Assembly (NCBI RefSeq): GCF_001194135.2
Contig: NC_068986.1
Location: 100,230,942 to 100,294,941, forward strand
From: Octopus bimaculoides
Lineage: Eukaryota
Reading direction: 5' to 3'
Length of the DNA: 64,000 nucleotides
The position numbers and the translations under genes are program-made. The notes below the pieces were generated by a model. That model was not told the origin of the DNA and did not search any database. It saw only the letters and a program-made list of their open reading frames with translations. Shown piece after piece: positions 38,753 to 50,216 of this stretch (the stretch's first letter is position 1; each line of letters begins with the position of its first letter).

Positions 38753-39603
38753 TATATATAGACTGTCTTTATTGTATTCCATGAGAAAGTTGAACTCATG
38801 TCCTCTGCAAGCTATCAAAGTTCACGTTGACATTTTTGAATGCTTTTGCTTTGAAGGATTGACTAGACTACCTGCTCAGAGATAATCGAGATGTATGCCT
38901 TTCTAAAGAGGAAATTAGTAACGAATGTGGAGCAGTTTTAGAATGAGTGCATAATGATAAGCGCAGGAAAAGTGAAGGTGTTAGCTGAGATGGCATGGTG
39001 AATGTATATACAAGCTGTAATATAGCGAACGAAGCCATAATGTGAATGTAGCTTTCTAGTATAATGACTAAATCTTTTTAAATCAACAGACAATAACAGA
39101 ATCAATACTACTAAAGTGAAAATAAAAGTGTGCAACAGAGAAATTCAAGTATTTCGCTCAAACTCGTAAAAATTGGTATCTGAGAGACAATTCATATCAC
39201 AGTTTACGCTTGCGATACAATGCAAACGTAGACTATGTTACCAATCTCTTGATTTCACTTTAGATAACTGTTCCGAAATATAGATCATAGAGATGTCGTA
39301 GGTATACAGTTACTCACAACTAGGATAGTAGCAAATTTCTGAGTAAATAGATATTTATATTCACGCTACGCAGCCGCATACATACATACGTACGTAGATA
39401 CATACATACATACATGCATACATACATATATACATACATACATATATGAGTGAGTATGTGTATGCATATATTTCTGAATTTATGCATATATGCGAACACA
39501 TAGGTGCATATACATTTGTATGTGTGTGTGTTTGTGCACACACATTCATAAATTATGTATGCCTATATATTCATTTATCGCGTCGGTTTATCTCTCTATC
39601 TAT

Positions 39604-39932
39604 CTTTCTGTCTGCCTTTCTGTCTGTCTGCCTTTCTGTCTGTCTGCCTTTCTGTCTGTCTGCCTTTCTGTCTGTCTGCCTTTCTGTCTGTCTGCCTTTC
39701 TGTCTGTCTGCCTTTCTGTCTGTCTGCCTTTCTGTCTGTCTGCCTTTCTGTCTGTCTGCCTTTCTGTCTGTCTGCCTTTCTGTCTGTCTGCCTTTCTGTC
39801 TGTCTGCCTTTCTGTCTGTCTGCCTTTCTGTCTGTCTGCCTTTCTGTCTTTCTGCCTTTCTGTCTGTCTGCCTTTCTGTCTACCTTTCTGTCTGTCTGCC
39901 TTTCTGTCTGTGTCTGCCTTACTGTCTGTCTG
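39604..39932. repeat. 16-bp minisatellite (TCTGTCTGTCTGCCTT)n, about 20 units
   Basis: Direct reading; source of the repetitive ORFs at 39446-40163. Confidence 0.97.
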
Positions 39933-39999
39933 TTTAAAATCACAATAAATCTTCATATAGCAGCAGTAGAGAAGATAAAGAGACAAAATAGACTAGCAA

Positions 40000-40160
40000 T
40001 AACATTACTGGATAATTTCAGATCCAGGATTTCTAGCTCTGCATCAGAAATGCTTTGCCTCATCAGTGGGATGCCCCTTGGTTGTTGTCACAACATCTCT
40101 CTAGGAGAGGAAAAGTCGGAGAGAAAACCTGCGACACTGACCATATTCGATAATGTAGAC
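40000..40160 (+). mobile_element. Possible decayed LINE RT fragment
   Basis: SEMLCLISGMPLG weakly resembles VxSGVPQG. Confidence 0.22.
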
Positions 40161-40377
40161 TAGTTCTTACCAAGTTTATGTTGTCCATGTTCAGGGAGTG
40201 GGGTTAGATTTTTGCAAATCCTTTCTCCACTATAAAAATCATCATGCACAGTCATCGCTTGAAAATTAAATAAGTAATACAATAAAACCTATCAGAAAAA
40301 TGGCTGGGCGTAACCTTCGCCTGTGTGAAACTGACGATCAGGCGATGGCAATAGTCGAACTCGAGTTTGCAGCCATC

Positions 40378-40408
<31 letters not shown>

Positions 40409-41379
40409 CACACACAGAGACACACACATACACACATACACATACACACATACACATACACACACACATATAGTGAAGAGAATTACAGAAGAGAATTGAT
40501 TCAAGTGCTTTTGTTACATGATGTATTCAATAATTTGGCATATGTTCCGATAACGAATACACGTGCATTATGAGGTAAACACACCCTAAATGATTGTAAT
40601 GATAGTGTTGAAACCTTAGATATTCAGTGGATGTTGTAATTCACTTCAATGTTATGTATCAAAATAGGTTGGTTAAAAATGTGTCGACAAAACTGAGTAT
40701 ATACCTAAAAGAAAATCATCTTTATAGCAATTAATAAAAAGGAAGAGCTTATATTTTTTTATGTTATCAGTGAAATTAGGAGAAACATATATAAAGAGGA
40801 ATAATGTGGTGTTGATATCTTAGAAGAAAAGAAGTTGAGCTATCTAAGGTATCATAGTTCAAAGGAATGCATAAATTGACTATGATAGATGAGTGACATG
40901 GCACTCATGGTGAAAATGTGGAGTAAATTACTAAATGATTAGTAGCTTCACATACTTATATGTTCATACACACGTACACACACGTACATATATCAATATC
41001 CATAATATTTTCTTATTCACTTACACACATATAGAGAAATAAATAATAGTCAAATATGTTCTTTGAGTAAACTCATATTATTTATAACCATAGTTAATAA
41101 GATAATATAGATATAGATATTCTTCAAAAACTTCCCTTGTACCGTGTATGATATTAAGGTAATAACACGATGAAACGATATGATCAAATTTCATCTAAAA
41201 TATTATCTGAAAAAACTGAACAAGCCCGAATATATGCGTATGGATGTGACGTTCGCTTCGAAAGTATACGATTACAAGTCCAGCCCATTGCACAGCAGCA
41301 CATTGGGCATCTTTGTACTACAGAAGACTCAATTCATAGAATATATTGTGCGTAAAATTGGTAGGAAGAAACAGTGTAT

Positions 41380-41480
41380 ATGTGTGTGTGTGTGTGTGCT
41401 CATTTTGAATTTGCTCCTCGCCGTTTGGCAACCGGTGTTTACTTGCTTCTGTCTTCGTATCTTAGCGGTTTGGTAAAAGT
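41380..41480 (+). mobile_element. SINE family B internal/3' fragment
   Basis: CGCCGTTTGGCAACCGGTG...CTTAGCGGTTTGGTAAAAG resembles the reverse complement of 46370-46430. Confidence 0.6.
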
Positions 41481-42379
41481 TTACTTTTTTCATTTCAAAG
41501 TTTTTTTCATTTCAATAGCTGTGTTAATTTGGGTTCTTCTTATTCGTCTACTGCTCAATACCTTGATGAACACCCCTACCCACTACTTCGCAAATTGTCT
41601 AACATTAAGTCTAAATTCTGATAATCATTGTTTTAGTAAATAGTTTCCTATAAATACACGAATGTTATGAACTATTGACCAACTTGTACAGTCACTGAAT
41701 ACATTTATACATACCCTGTTATTAGCATTTTGATTGCTACTGGGGGTAATTCCTAATTCTCAATTTTCTCTTATCAAGATCTCCATAATCGTTATGTATT
41801 TATTCTAATTTGCCTTGTTCCCTTTTCAGCTATAAACTCCAATTGAGGGTGTATGTCCGTTCGAGTCTGTAATAAAACTGGGGGGGGGGGGGGAAATGTG
41901 TGCGAAAATAAGAGAGAGTTAAGATTATATGGACAGACGTTTAAGCGTGTGTGTTTGTTGGACTGCCTATCAATATACGTACGTAGATATAATGTAAATA
42001 TATGTATACTTCCTTATTGACTGCTATGGAGAGGGCTTTATTATCTGCGTGTCTATTGCTTAACAAGTCTATTTCTCTAGCAGTCTCTATAGGATAGTTT
42101 GCTGCTTAAGTTTGTGTTGTTTTCTAATCGTAATAAATCACAAATGAATAGTTTTCACGATGGTCGTATCTAAAACACACAGGTTTAGAAAAAATTAATA
42201 GATATGTGCACACGCACACACACACACACACTTACACACGCACGCACGCACGCACGCACACATACACACACACGTAAAGAAGCAATAACAGACACACACT
42301 TATACGAACATACACATACATGCGCATTTCGAGGTGGAACTAAGTTGCACATATTTAATATGCTACTTGTTCTTTTCAG

Positions 42380-42541
42380 ACAAATTACTTTTGTTTATGG
42401 TGGCTGTCACTACCGTTGTATATCTAGTACTCAATGAAGCGATGCAGTTCATAGGATACAATAGCAAAACTGACTATGCATACCCGCTATTTGCTATATA
42501 CAGCAATAGTACTACATATAAGAAAAGTAGAATGGTCGCAT
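42380..42541 (+). CDS. Candidate coding exon encoding a hydrophobic (signal/anchor-like) segment
   Basis: Acceptor CTTGTTCTTTTCAG, donor T|GTAAAT, 162 nt, phase 1-1, open: KLLLFMVAVTTVVYLVLNEAMQFIGYNSKTDYAYPLFAIYSNSTTYKKSRMVA. No homology recognised. Confidence 0.3.
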
Positions 42542-42987
42542 GTAAATATGAATACATATCATGCATACATATACGAACTTAGACAATCTTGCTTGTGTAT
42601 ATATTAATGCTACATAAGTGCATTACACAGTCACACAAACACACACGCACACATGTAACGTGAGTCATTGATATACATATTGGAAGAAGGAAAGACACAC
42701 AAAGTCAGGCAGGTAATGAAAGAGTGAGAGAAGGGGTAGACAGATAGATACAGATACAGACTGAGTAAGAGAGAGGGAGAGAGAGCGGTGTATATGAAAT
42801 AGTGTTCCCGAAGAAGAAATTATGAAGGTAATTTTTGCATTCTATTTCCTAGACCGTAAGCATCATTCTCATATATTTGTTAAATGTGTGTGTGTATATG
42901 TGCACGTATTCGTGTGTGTGTGTGTTTGTGCGCGAAAGTATGTACACAGAATCAAATACACAGGTGTGAACTAGATGAAGGAATGTT

Positions 42988-43570
42988 AACTTTGATAACT
43001 TGAATAACTCAGAGGTGTTTCGGCCAGTTATAGGCCCAGGCCATGTCTAACTTAATAGCACCACTTGGTGAAGTCTTTTAGTCATATATGGGGCACCATG
43101 GCCCACTCTAGCAAAGGGTTATTATTGTTGGGGACATATTCGGGTGTAGTACGTTGGTCCGGGTTTTTTGCAGAAATTTGTCCAGTGAACGTTTGAATTT
43201 TGTGGGATACGTTTCCGTTTTGACGTAGTTTGGTATGGTGGTAAAGAGAGCTGTCCCGGTTGAGGTAAAGTAATTGTGGCGTAACTTCGCTATGTGTCCT
43301 GAACTCGATTGTTGTAGTGGGCGGATAGCACGGCGGCCAGGTCTTCGATGGATATTAAATTTGATGTCGACATCATTTGTGGAATATTGATGGAATATTT
43401 TCCACATCACATAAATGATGTAGCGCTCCCGGAGGCGTTGGAGAGAGTAGAGATTGAGTCTTTTTAGTCGACACCAATAGTAGAAGTTTGGTATATACTC
43501 AAACGTATTCATAAGTTTCTATGGGACTCCGATGTTGGACAGTTTCTTCAGCAGGATTTTGTGGTCGACT
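42988..43570 (-). mobile_element. CR1/L2-type LINE 3' end with internal deletion
   Basis: IVDHKILLKKLSNIGVP joined in frame to YWCRLKRLNLYSLQRLRERYII...FKRSLDKFL, then 3'UTR, GGCC stem-loop and short-repeat tail. Confidence 0.88.
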
Positions 43571-43769
43571 ATCTATGTGAGCAAAACACAGTGAAATAGT
43601 TGATAATAAACGAATTTAATTTAAGCATCAGCCATTTTTGAAATGGTGATAAATATTAAAAAAAAAAACACGTATACATGTTTGTTTTTGCTTGAAAGTC
43701 AAGTTACAAAAAACAACATAAAACAAAAAAAAAGCAGTTACATTTATTTGATGGATTACGGTATTCATA

Positions 43770-43983
43770 AGGTGTCGAGCTGGTAGAATCGCTAGCACAC
43801 TGGGCGAAAAGGTTCGCGGTATTATTTCGTCTGCTTTTACATTCTGAATTCAATTTCCGACCAGGTTGACTTTACTTTTCATCATTTCGAGGTCGATAAA
43901 TTAAGTACCAGTTGCGTACTGGGTCGATCTAATCGACTGACCCCATCACACAAACTTTCGGGCCTTTTTCCGAGAGTAGAAAA
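43770..43983 (+). mobile_element. SINE family A with 17-bp target-site duplication
   Basis: Full head and body; duplication 43753-43769 vs 43984-44000 (15/17). Confidence 0.9.
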
Positions 43984-44162
43984 GGATTACTTTATTCATA
44001 TTTTTGTAGAGTACAAATTTATTATTCTTAAATAGTCTCACAATGAAAAACTGGCCAAAACTTAGAAGTTACAGTCAATAATATACTCTTACTTTTAGTT
44101 GTTTTAGACAAGCGATGGTGGTGGGTGGGCGAACACAGATGCAGAAATATATGCACACATAC

Positions 44163-44191
<29 letters not shown>

Positions 44192-44194
<3 letters not shown>

Positions 44195-44345
44195 AACGGT
44201 ATTATTTCAGTTTACATCTAGCAAATATTTGGATTGGACGGACTGGAGTTATAGCAGCAGACACTTGCTTAAGATGCCACGCAGTGTGACTGAACCCGGG
44301 ACCATATGGTTGGCAAGCAAGCTTCTTACCACACATCCACGCATG
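44192..44345 (-). mobile_element. SINE family B 5' part
   Basis: GACACTTGC, TGCCACGCAGTG.GACTGAACCCGG, AAGCAAGCTTCTTACCACAC. Confidence 0.85.
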
Positions 44346-44393
44346 TGTCTACTTGTTTAAGAATAAAAAATAAGTATATGCTCACACACATAA

Positions 44394-44394
<1 letters not shown>

Positions 44395-44470
<76 letters not shown>
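44395..44470. repeat. (CA)n microsatellite
   Basis: Direct reading. Confidence 0.97.
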
Positions 44471-44476
<6 letters not shown>

Positions 44477-45659
44477 AACAAACACACGCACTCACAATAT
44501 TTTGCGAACGTGTTTTTGCCACATTCGCAAATGAACAAATACATACTCAGCACAAATATGACACGAGATCGTGTGTATTCCTGCTCGAGTTCATATTTAG
44601 TAATCGTCTCCGTAGAGCATGTATGATCTCCTGTTTTCCTGATAATTATAATAGCCACAAGGTCTACGTAAGGTGGGCTGCGCTGTCACATGACTATTGA
44701 CAGTGTTCAAAGGCAACATCCGTAAAGCGAGCATTTGTTTTGCATAATTTGTCTATTTCCATGTGAGTGAAGATTACAGAGAACTCAATAGTGATGAATT
44801 TTGTATAGGAGCGTGGATTGCAGTAAAGGTAATAGCTGGTGTACGGAATACTGTGGGAGTTATAACGAAATTGTAGAATGCAGGCTTTGTGATATTAAAA
44901 TTATAGAAGAATATAATAGTTTCGTAATCTCAATAACCATGTGGAATGACGATTTTCTACATGTGTGGCGACAACAGCAATTAGTCTGTCACAGACTCAG
45001 TTGCGGAAAAAGTCTACGATTCATTAAATCTTTTTTTCACGTCAATGGAATTTATGCAACTTATCTATGAAATAGGCAGTTTTCTCATTGTTAACGATAG
45101 TGTAGGCCATCACCGGCTTCCATAGATGATAATGGATGTCTACTGAAAGCGAAAGAGGTAAGCGTTACGAAGGTACGACGTTTGTATAGGTGAGGGTGAA
45201 TCGCTATTTGGCAGCTGTGTATGTTCGGTGTGATATAATAGGCCTGCAAAATGAAAATCAAGGGGTGGATTTTTGTGTGATATAGTAATGCGTTAGGAAT
45301 AAAATAGGAAACAAATTTAGTATTTTCTTTGCAATATATAATTACTACCATTTATATAGAAACGAGCGAGAGTTATATCTCCGATATTTTGTTTTTACAT
45401 CCACATGTAATATACATCACGTGTTCTTAAATAGATTATTATATTAATATAATTCTTACAAATGCAAAACGAAATGATTTTTCAAGATTTTGATCATTGA
45501 TGTAACTTTATTTTTCTGGTATTATGTTTAATTTTCAAGGAATGCTTAACATTCCATGATTGTGAATGATAAATTGTTATCTTTAAAATATCATAACGTC
45601 ATAATTTTTGTAAAAATAAAATCTTGGTTTTCGCATGTTGTGTTTATTAGCGTAGCTTT

Positions 45660-45758
45660 CCAAAGATAATTTCAGTATTTTCCCCAAGATAATTTTACTA
45701 TTTTTACCAAAAGTAATTTTACTATTTTTCACAAAGATAATTTTATAATTTTTTCCCT
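45660..45758. repeat. Degenerate 23-24-bp minisatellite, 4 units
   Basis: Units similar to CAAAGATAATTTTACTATTTTT. Confidence 0.75.
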
Positions 45759-46242
45759 AATTCATTGCATTGAAAACCGTCTTCTTGAGTTCTATTTTTA
45801 AAAGTTTCTATGTTTTCTGAAGATTTTTTTTTCTCTCAGCTGTTAAATGTTTGAAATCTGAAATAAATTATTACAGGAATTTACCAAAAACTTGTTAAGT
45901 TAGAAATATTTGATTTGATAGAAATTTGTTATGATTTTTGTAATGCTATATTTAAAACGGATAGTGGCAAATATGATATTATGAAGCCTACGCTTCAAGT
46001 TTGACCTTTCCTTATCCCGCAGTGGTATCTATGTTTTATTTCTATAGTTGCTGCTAGAGCATTTAAAAGCTATATATGTTGTAACACTCAATGGATTCAA
46101 GTTTGAAGCTCACTACGGTAATCCGTCATTAATTGACAGATCAGAAAATCATTTATCAGACAGCTGAGTGATGGTTTTAAGTCAATTTATGCTACAATTT
46201 AGACGTAGAAAAGTATTTTTAAATGAACGCTCAGTAGGTTAC

Positions 46243-46633
46243 TCTCTTTACTCTTTACTCTCTTACTTGTTTCAGTCATTTGACTGCGGCCATGTTGGAG
46301 CACCGCCTCTAGTCGAGCAAATGGACTTCAGGATGTACTCTTTGTAACGCTAGTACTTATTCTATCGGTCTCTTTTGCCGAACCACTAAGTAATGGGGAC
46401 GTAAACACACCAGCATCGGTTGTAAAGCGATGTTGCAGGGGACAAACACATACACACATACACACACACATACATATATATACATATATATACGTCGGGC
46501 TTCTTCCAGTTTCCGTCTACCAAATCCACTCACAAGGCTTTGGTCGGTCCGAGTCTATAGTAGAATACACTTGCCCAAGGTGCCACGCAGTGGGACTGAA
46601 CCCGGAACCATGTGGTTGGTAAGCAAGCTACTT
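46243..46633 (-). mobile_element. SINE family B, well preserved, missing the extreme 5' bases
   Basis: tRNA-like B-box CCGGGTTCAGTCCC, CORE-like CCTTGGGCAAGTGT, internal (TG/TA)n, (GAGTAAA)n-type tail on the minus strand. Confidence 0.92.
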
Positions 46634-46699
46634 ATATATGTTGGAATCACTTGTCAAAGACGACTTATATCAAATGTAGCGCCCTGCGCATTAGCCCAT

Positions 46700-46885
46700 T
46701 ACTTCCATCATATCGACAATGCCTATACAGGGGTTCAACTGTTCCACACGTTGGCTGTTATCGAAATGACTGGAGGACAACGTGGAATGGAATATGTTGG
46801 TCAATACCTCATAGCGAAATCCAGTCCTAGAATCGAACCCACGATCTAGCGATCATGAATGCAACACCCTAACCGCTAGGCCAAG
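46700..46885 (-). mobile_element. tRNA-derived SINE (family D), diverged
   Basis: Minus strand A-box TGGCCTAGCGG (46873-46883) and B-box GGTTCGATTC (46830-46839). Confidence 0.7.
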
Positions 46886-48154
46886 CATGCGGGCGTACAC
46901 GCACACACACATCTATATACAGATATCTATATATTTACGTATATCTTTTTTGTGAAGGCCAGTTTAAATTTGTGCTTGTGTTTATAATGGAAGCCTTCTG
47001 CTATGAATTATTTAGTTGTTTATCGTTCCATCTCAGGACAATAAGTGCAATTGCAAAGTTGGATTATATAACATATTTATCGTGTGAAATCGGCTAAATC
47101 CTTCGGATCTTATCCTCAGGGCACCGCACTAAATGTTGACGAGTGAAACGAAGAATATTTTCGCTTGAATAAGGATCGTAAATCAGATAAACAACATACG
47201 TATATGAAGCGCATATCTATTGAAACCTAGGATACCAATCATACTTGTGTTACACTGACTTATGATTTATCTCCACAGAGGCCTCTGTAAATTCTAATAT
47301 AAATGTACTCTGTAACTCACAGATAGTTAAATTACCAGGAAGACATTACATTCATGTACGTATGCACGCTAACTTTCTCTTACATAGAACATTGTTAAAA
47401 TATATCTATTATTATTGCCTTTGCTGTTAATAATTCCTGTCGTAACTTCTGGCCAAGCTTGTGCTTGATGTTTGCTTTAAAATTTACCTTCGTATACACA
47501 TATAAACATCCCCATGTACTGTGATTTCACAAAGTTTTATAATATCAAAATGGCGTGTGTTTCTTTTTTTTTCTTCCCTTTGACGTTTACAAAGTAGGAA
47601 TCTATAATCTCACAAAGGAAGCGAAATTAGATTAACCATATTCTTGTGGTAAATTTTACTTAAACAACGGAGCAGTGAAATACTGTCTATCGTGATATTT
47701 GGAATTACGAAAGTTGAAGTTAGGAATGTGACACTGAATGCTAAACGATGTTTTGATATTCTCAACTGACATTGAAATAAATAACTCTAGAATACTCAAT
47801 AATTTACTTCTTGACTAATAAGCTGCACTAATATCTTGTCTACAAAACTGTAGTACTGAAAAAAAATCTTTTTATCTGTCGATACAAATTTGCTCCTGTA
47901 CTTCTGTACTGTTGTACAGAGAATTAAATAGTCAATTATTAATTATTAGTGGAATATATTGAATTATTAATTATTTAAGTAAAGTAATTATTGCATCAAT
48001 TATTAAATCTACAACCAGAAGAGATATTGCAAGATATTTTAAATCTCTTGATATAGATTTAGAAACAAATTACTATTTCATAGATATTTACAATGATGTG
48101 AAATATACTTGTGCTATTGTTAACATTACTGTTGTTGTTATTATTATGGCGGCG

Positions 48155-48359
48155 TAAGGAGGCGACCTGGTTGAGTCGTTACCACACCGGGTGAAATGCT
48201 TAGCGGTATTTCGCCTGTCGTTACGTTTTGAGTTCAGATCTTTGCTTTCAACGTTTCGAGTCGATAAATAAAGTACCAGTAAAACACTGGGTCAATGTAA
48301 TCGACTTATCCTCTCCCCCAAAATGGCTCTCCTTGTGACAAAATCTGAATCCATTATTA
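48155..48359 (+). mobile_element. SINE family A copy
   Basis: AAATGCTTAGCGGTATTTCG, GTCGATAAATAAAGTACCAG, tail CCTTGTGACAAAATCTGAATCCATTATT; short internal deletion. Confidence 0.85.
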
Positions 48360-48360
48360 A

Positions 48361-48505
48361 TAAGGCAGCGAACTGGCAGAATCGATATAGTATAGGACAT
48401 AATGCTTAGCGGTATTACTTCCGGTTCTGTATTTTCTGAACTCAAATCCCATCAATTTCAACTATGACTTTCTGAGTTAATAAAATAAGGTATCAGTCAA
48501 GTACC
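48361..48505 (+). mobile_element. SINE family A copy, second of a head-to-tail pair, diverged
   Basis: TAAGGCAGCGAACTGGCAGAATCG, AATGCTTAGCGGTATT, TCTGAACTCAAATCC. Confidence 0.75.
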
Positions 48506-49572
48506 TAGATTAATTTACCTCTAATCAAAATGCATGTATTATTTCAAAATTAGAGTGGTTTGGTATCATTATAATTGTTGTTGTTGCTGTTATGTTGCTT
48601 CACGGCATTGGTGTTGCGTCCGGTTTAATTATACGTTCTATCGAACCACGACTCGTGAGCTATGATGAGAAACATTTCGTACCTTCTATATAAGCGTTTA
48701 TATACACTTTTTCTTCTCATGCTGTATTAAAGGGAGTCTGACTGATTCTTTCTGAGTCCTGTATACACGTTTTCTTAATGCTCCTACTTCGACATTAAAA
48801 TAACGATTTCCAGGGTTGGTTCTCACATACTTTGTCATTATTCCCAAGATCCCAGTGATAATTGGCAGGACCATGATCTTGTTCAATTCTTTATTTGACG
48901 ATACCATTCTTCATGTTGGTATAATACTCTTCGTGTTCATCTTTTTTTACTCTGATGTCAAATAGTCACGCTATACGGCCGTTGGCCAGAAGATTAGTGA
49001 CTCATTTAATATATAAAAGAAAGTTCAAGTCGTTTCTGTCATTTCCATCCCATACATTACAGAATAATCATAATTCCGTATCAATTCGTAATTCCAAATA
49101 CGCTGTTTACATTGTAAATTCAGCCTTAAATGAGATATAGTCAACCATATCAAGAGAGCAGATACGGATGTTCTATGGGAATTTATGAGATATTTTAAGT
49201 ACAACGACTAGAATAACCTAATTAATAGCAGATTAGACCTAAAGGTATCCTGCGTGCATAGCATCACCCGCACATTTAAATATTTTGGAAACATGATATT
49301 ACACTCATCATACATTGAATTTCATGGTAGAAATTATCTGGAGCGTCATATCTTTCATAACAAACCATCTAGTGTAGGAAGTTAAATATTATATATAATA
49401 TTGCCCTCCTATAACCCCTACCAGGTTAGTCTGCATTCACTCCTACGGTGATTACATTGTTTTCCCTTCAATTCCAAGATTGTCTTCCCTATCAGTCAGA
49501 ATAGGTATTTTTATTTTGAGTTATGAGATCGTACGCATCTATTAGTTTTACGTCGCAATACTGCATAGTGGT

Positions 49573-49798
49573 TGTGTGAGCTGCGAATCGTTGTCGCCTC
49601 TGTTATATCGCACGTGCGGATGACCTGTACTCAACGCTCACTTCCGACGACTCGACTCTACCGAACTCGAACGTATAGTCTACCGACGGCTCCGTCTCGT
49701 TCTCTTGCTCTTCCGCTCTTGCGCTCTGCTCCACGCTTTTCGCCTAGCTATTTATACGTATTGGACTAGTCTACTTATCACCTGGGGGCGTCCACACA
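49573..49798 (-). mobile_element. Candidate solo LTR
   Basis: 226-bp GC/CpG-rich island with TGTGTG...CACACA termini and TATAAATAG on the minus strand (49748-49756). No target duplication found. Confidence 0.4.
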
Positions 49799-50154
49799 AC
49801 ACTTAGGTATACTCTCTACCCTTTGGGAACTATATAGTTCAACATACATCAGTACCTTTAATATTATATTTTCTAAAATCGCATGCAGTGGTATCCTCAT
49901 CTTTATCTATTTCTTAATTTGCATTGTTAGGAATACCTCGATCTATCCTTATCATTTATTTACTTATTATTATTATTCCTTTCTTTCTTCGCATTAGTTT
50001 TATTGTTTATTTTACCTTTATTTGTTGGCCTTTACATCTCCTTATATCCAATATGTATCTTATAGCTTCAGCAAGCAAAACAAAATTTAATCCAACGTCT
50101 ATTTTTTTCATTTTATAAGTCCCTTATCGAAATTTTATGGATATATACAATATA

Positions 50155-50216
<62 letters not shown>

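Noticed and set aside
39446-40163. Repetitive ORFs (CLSAFLSV / RQTERQTD)
   Set aside because: Translations of the 16-bp minisatellite.
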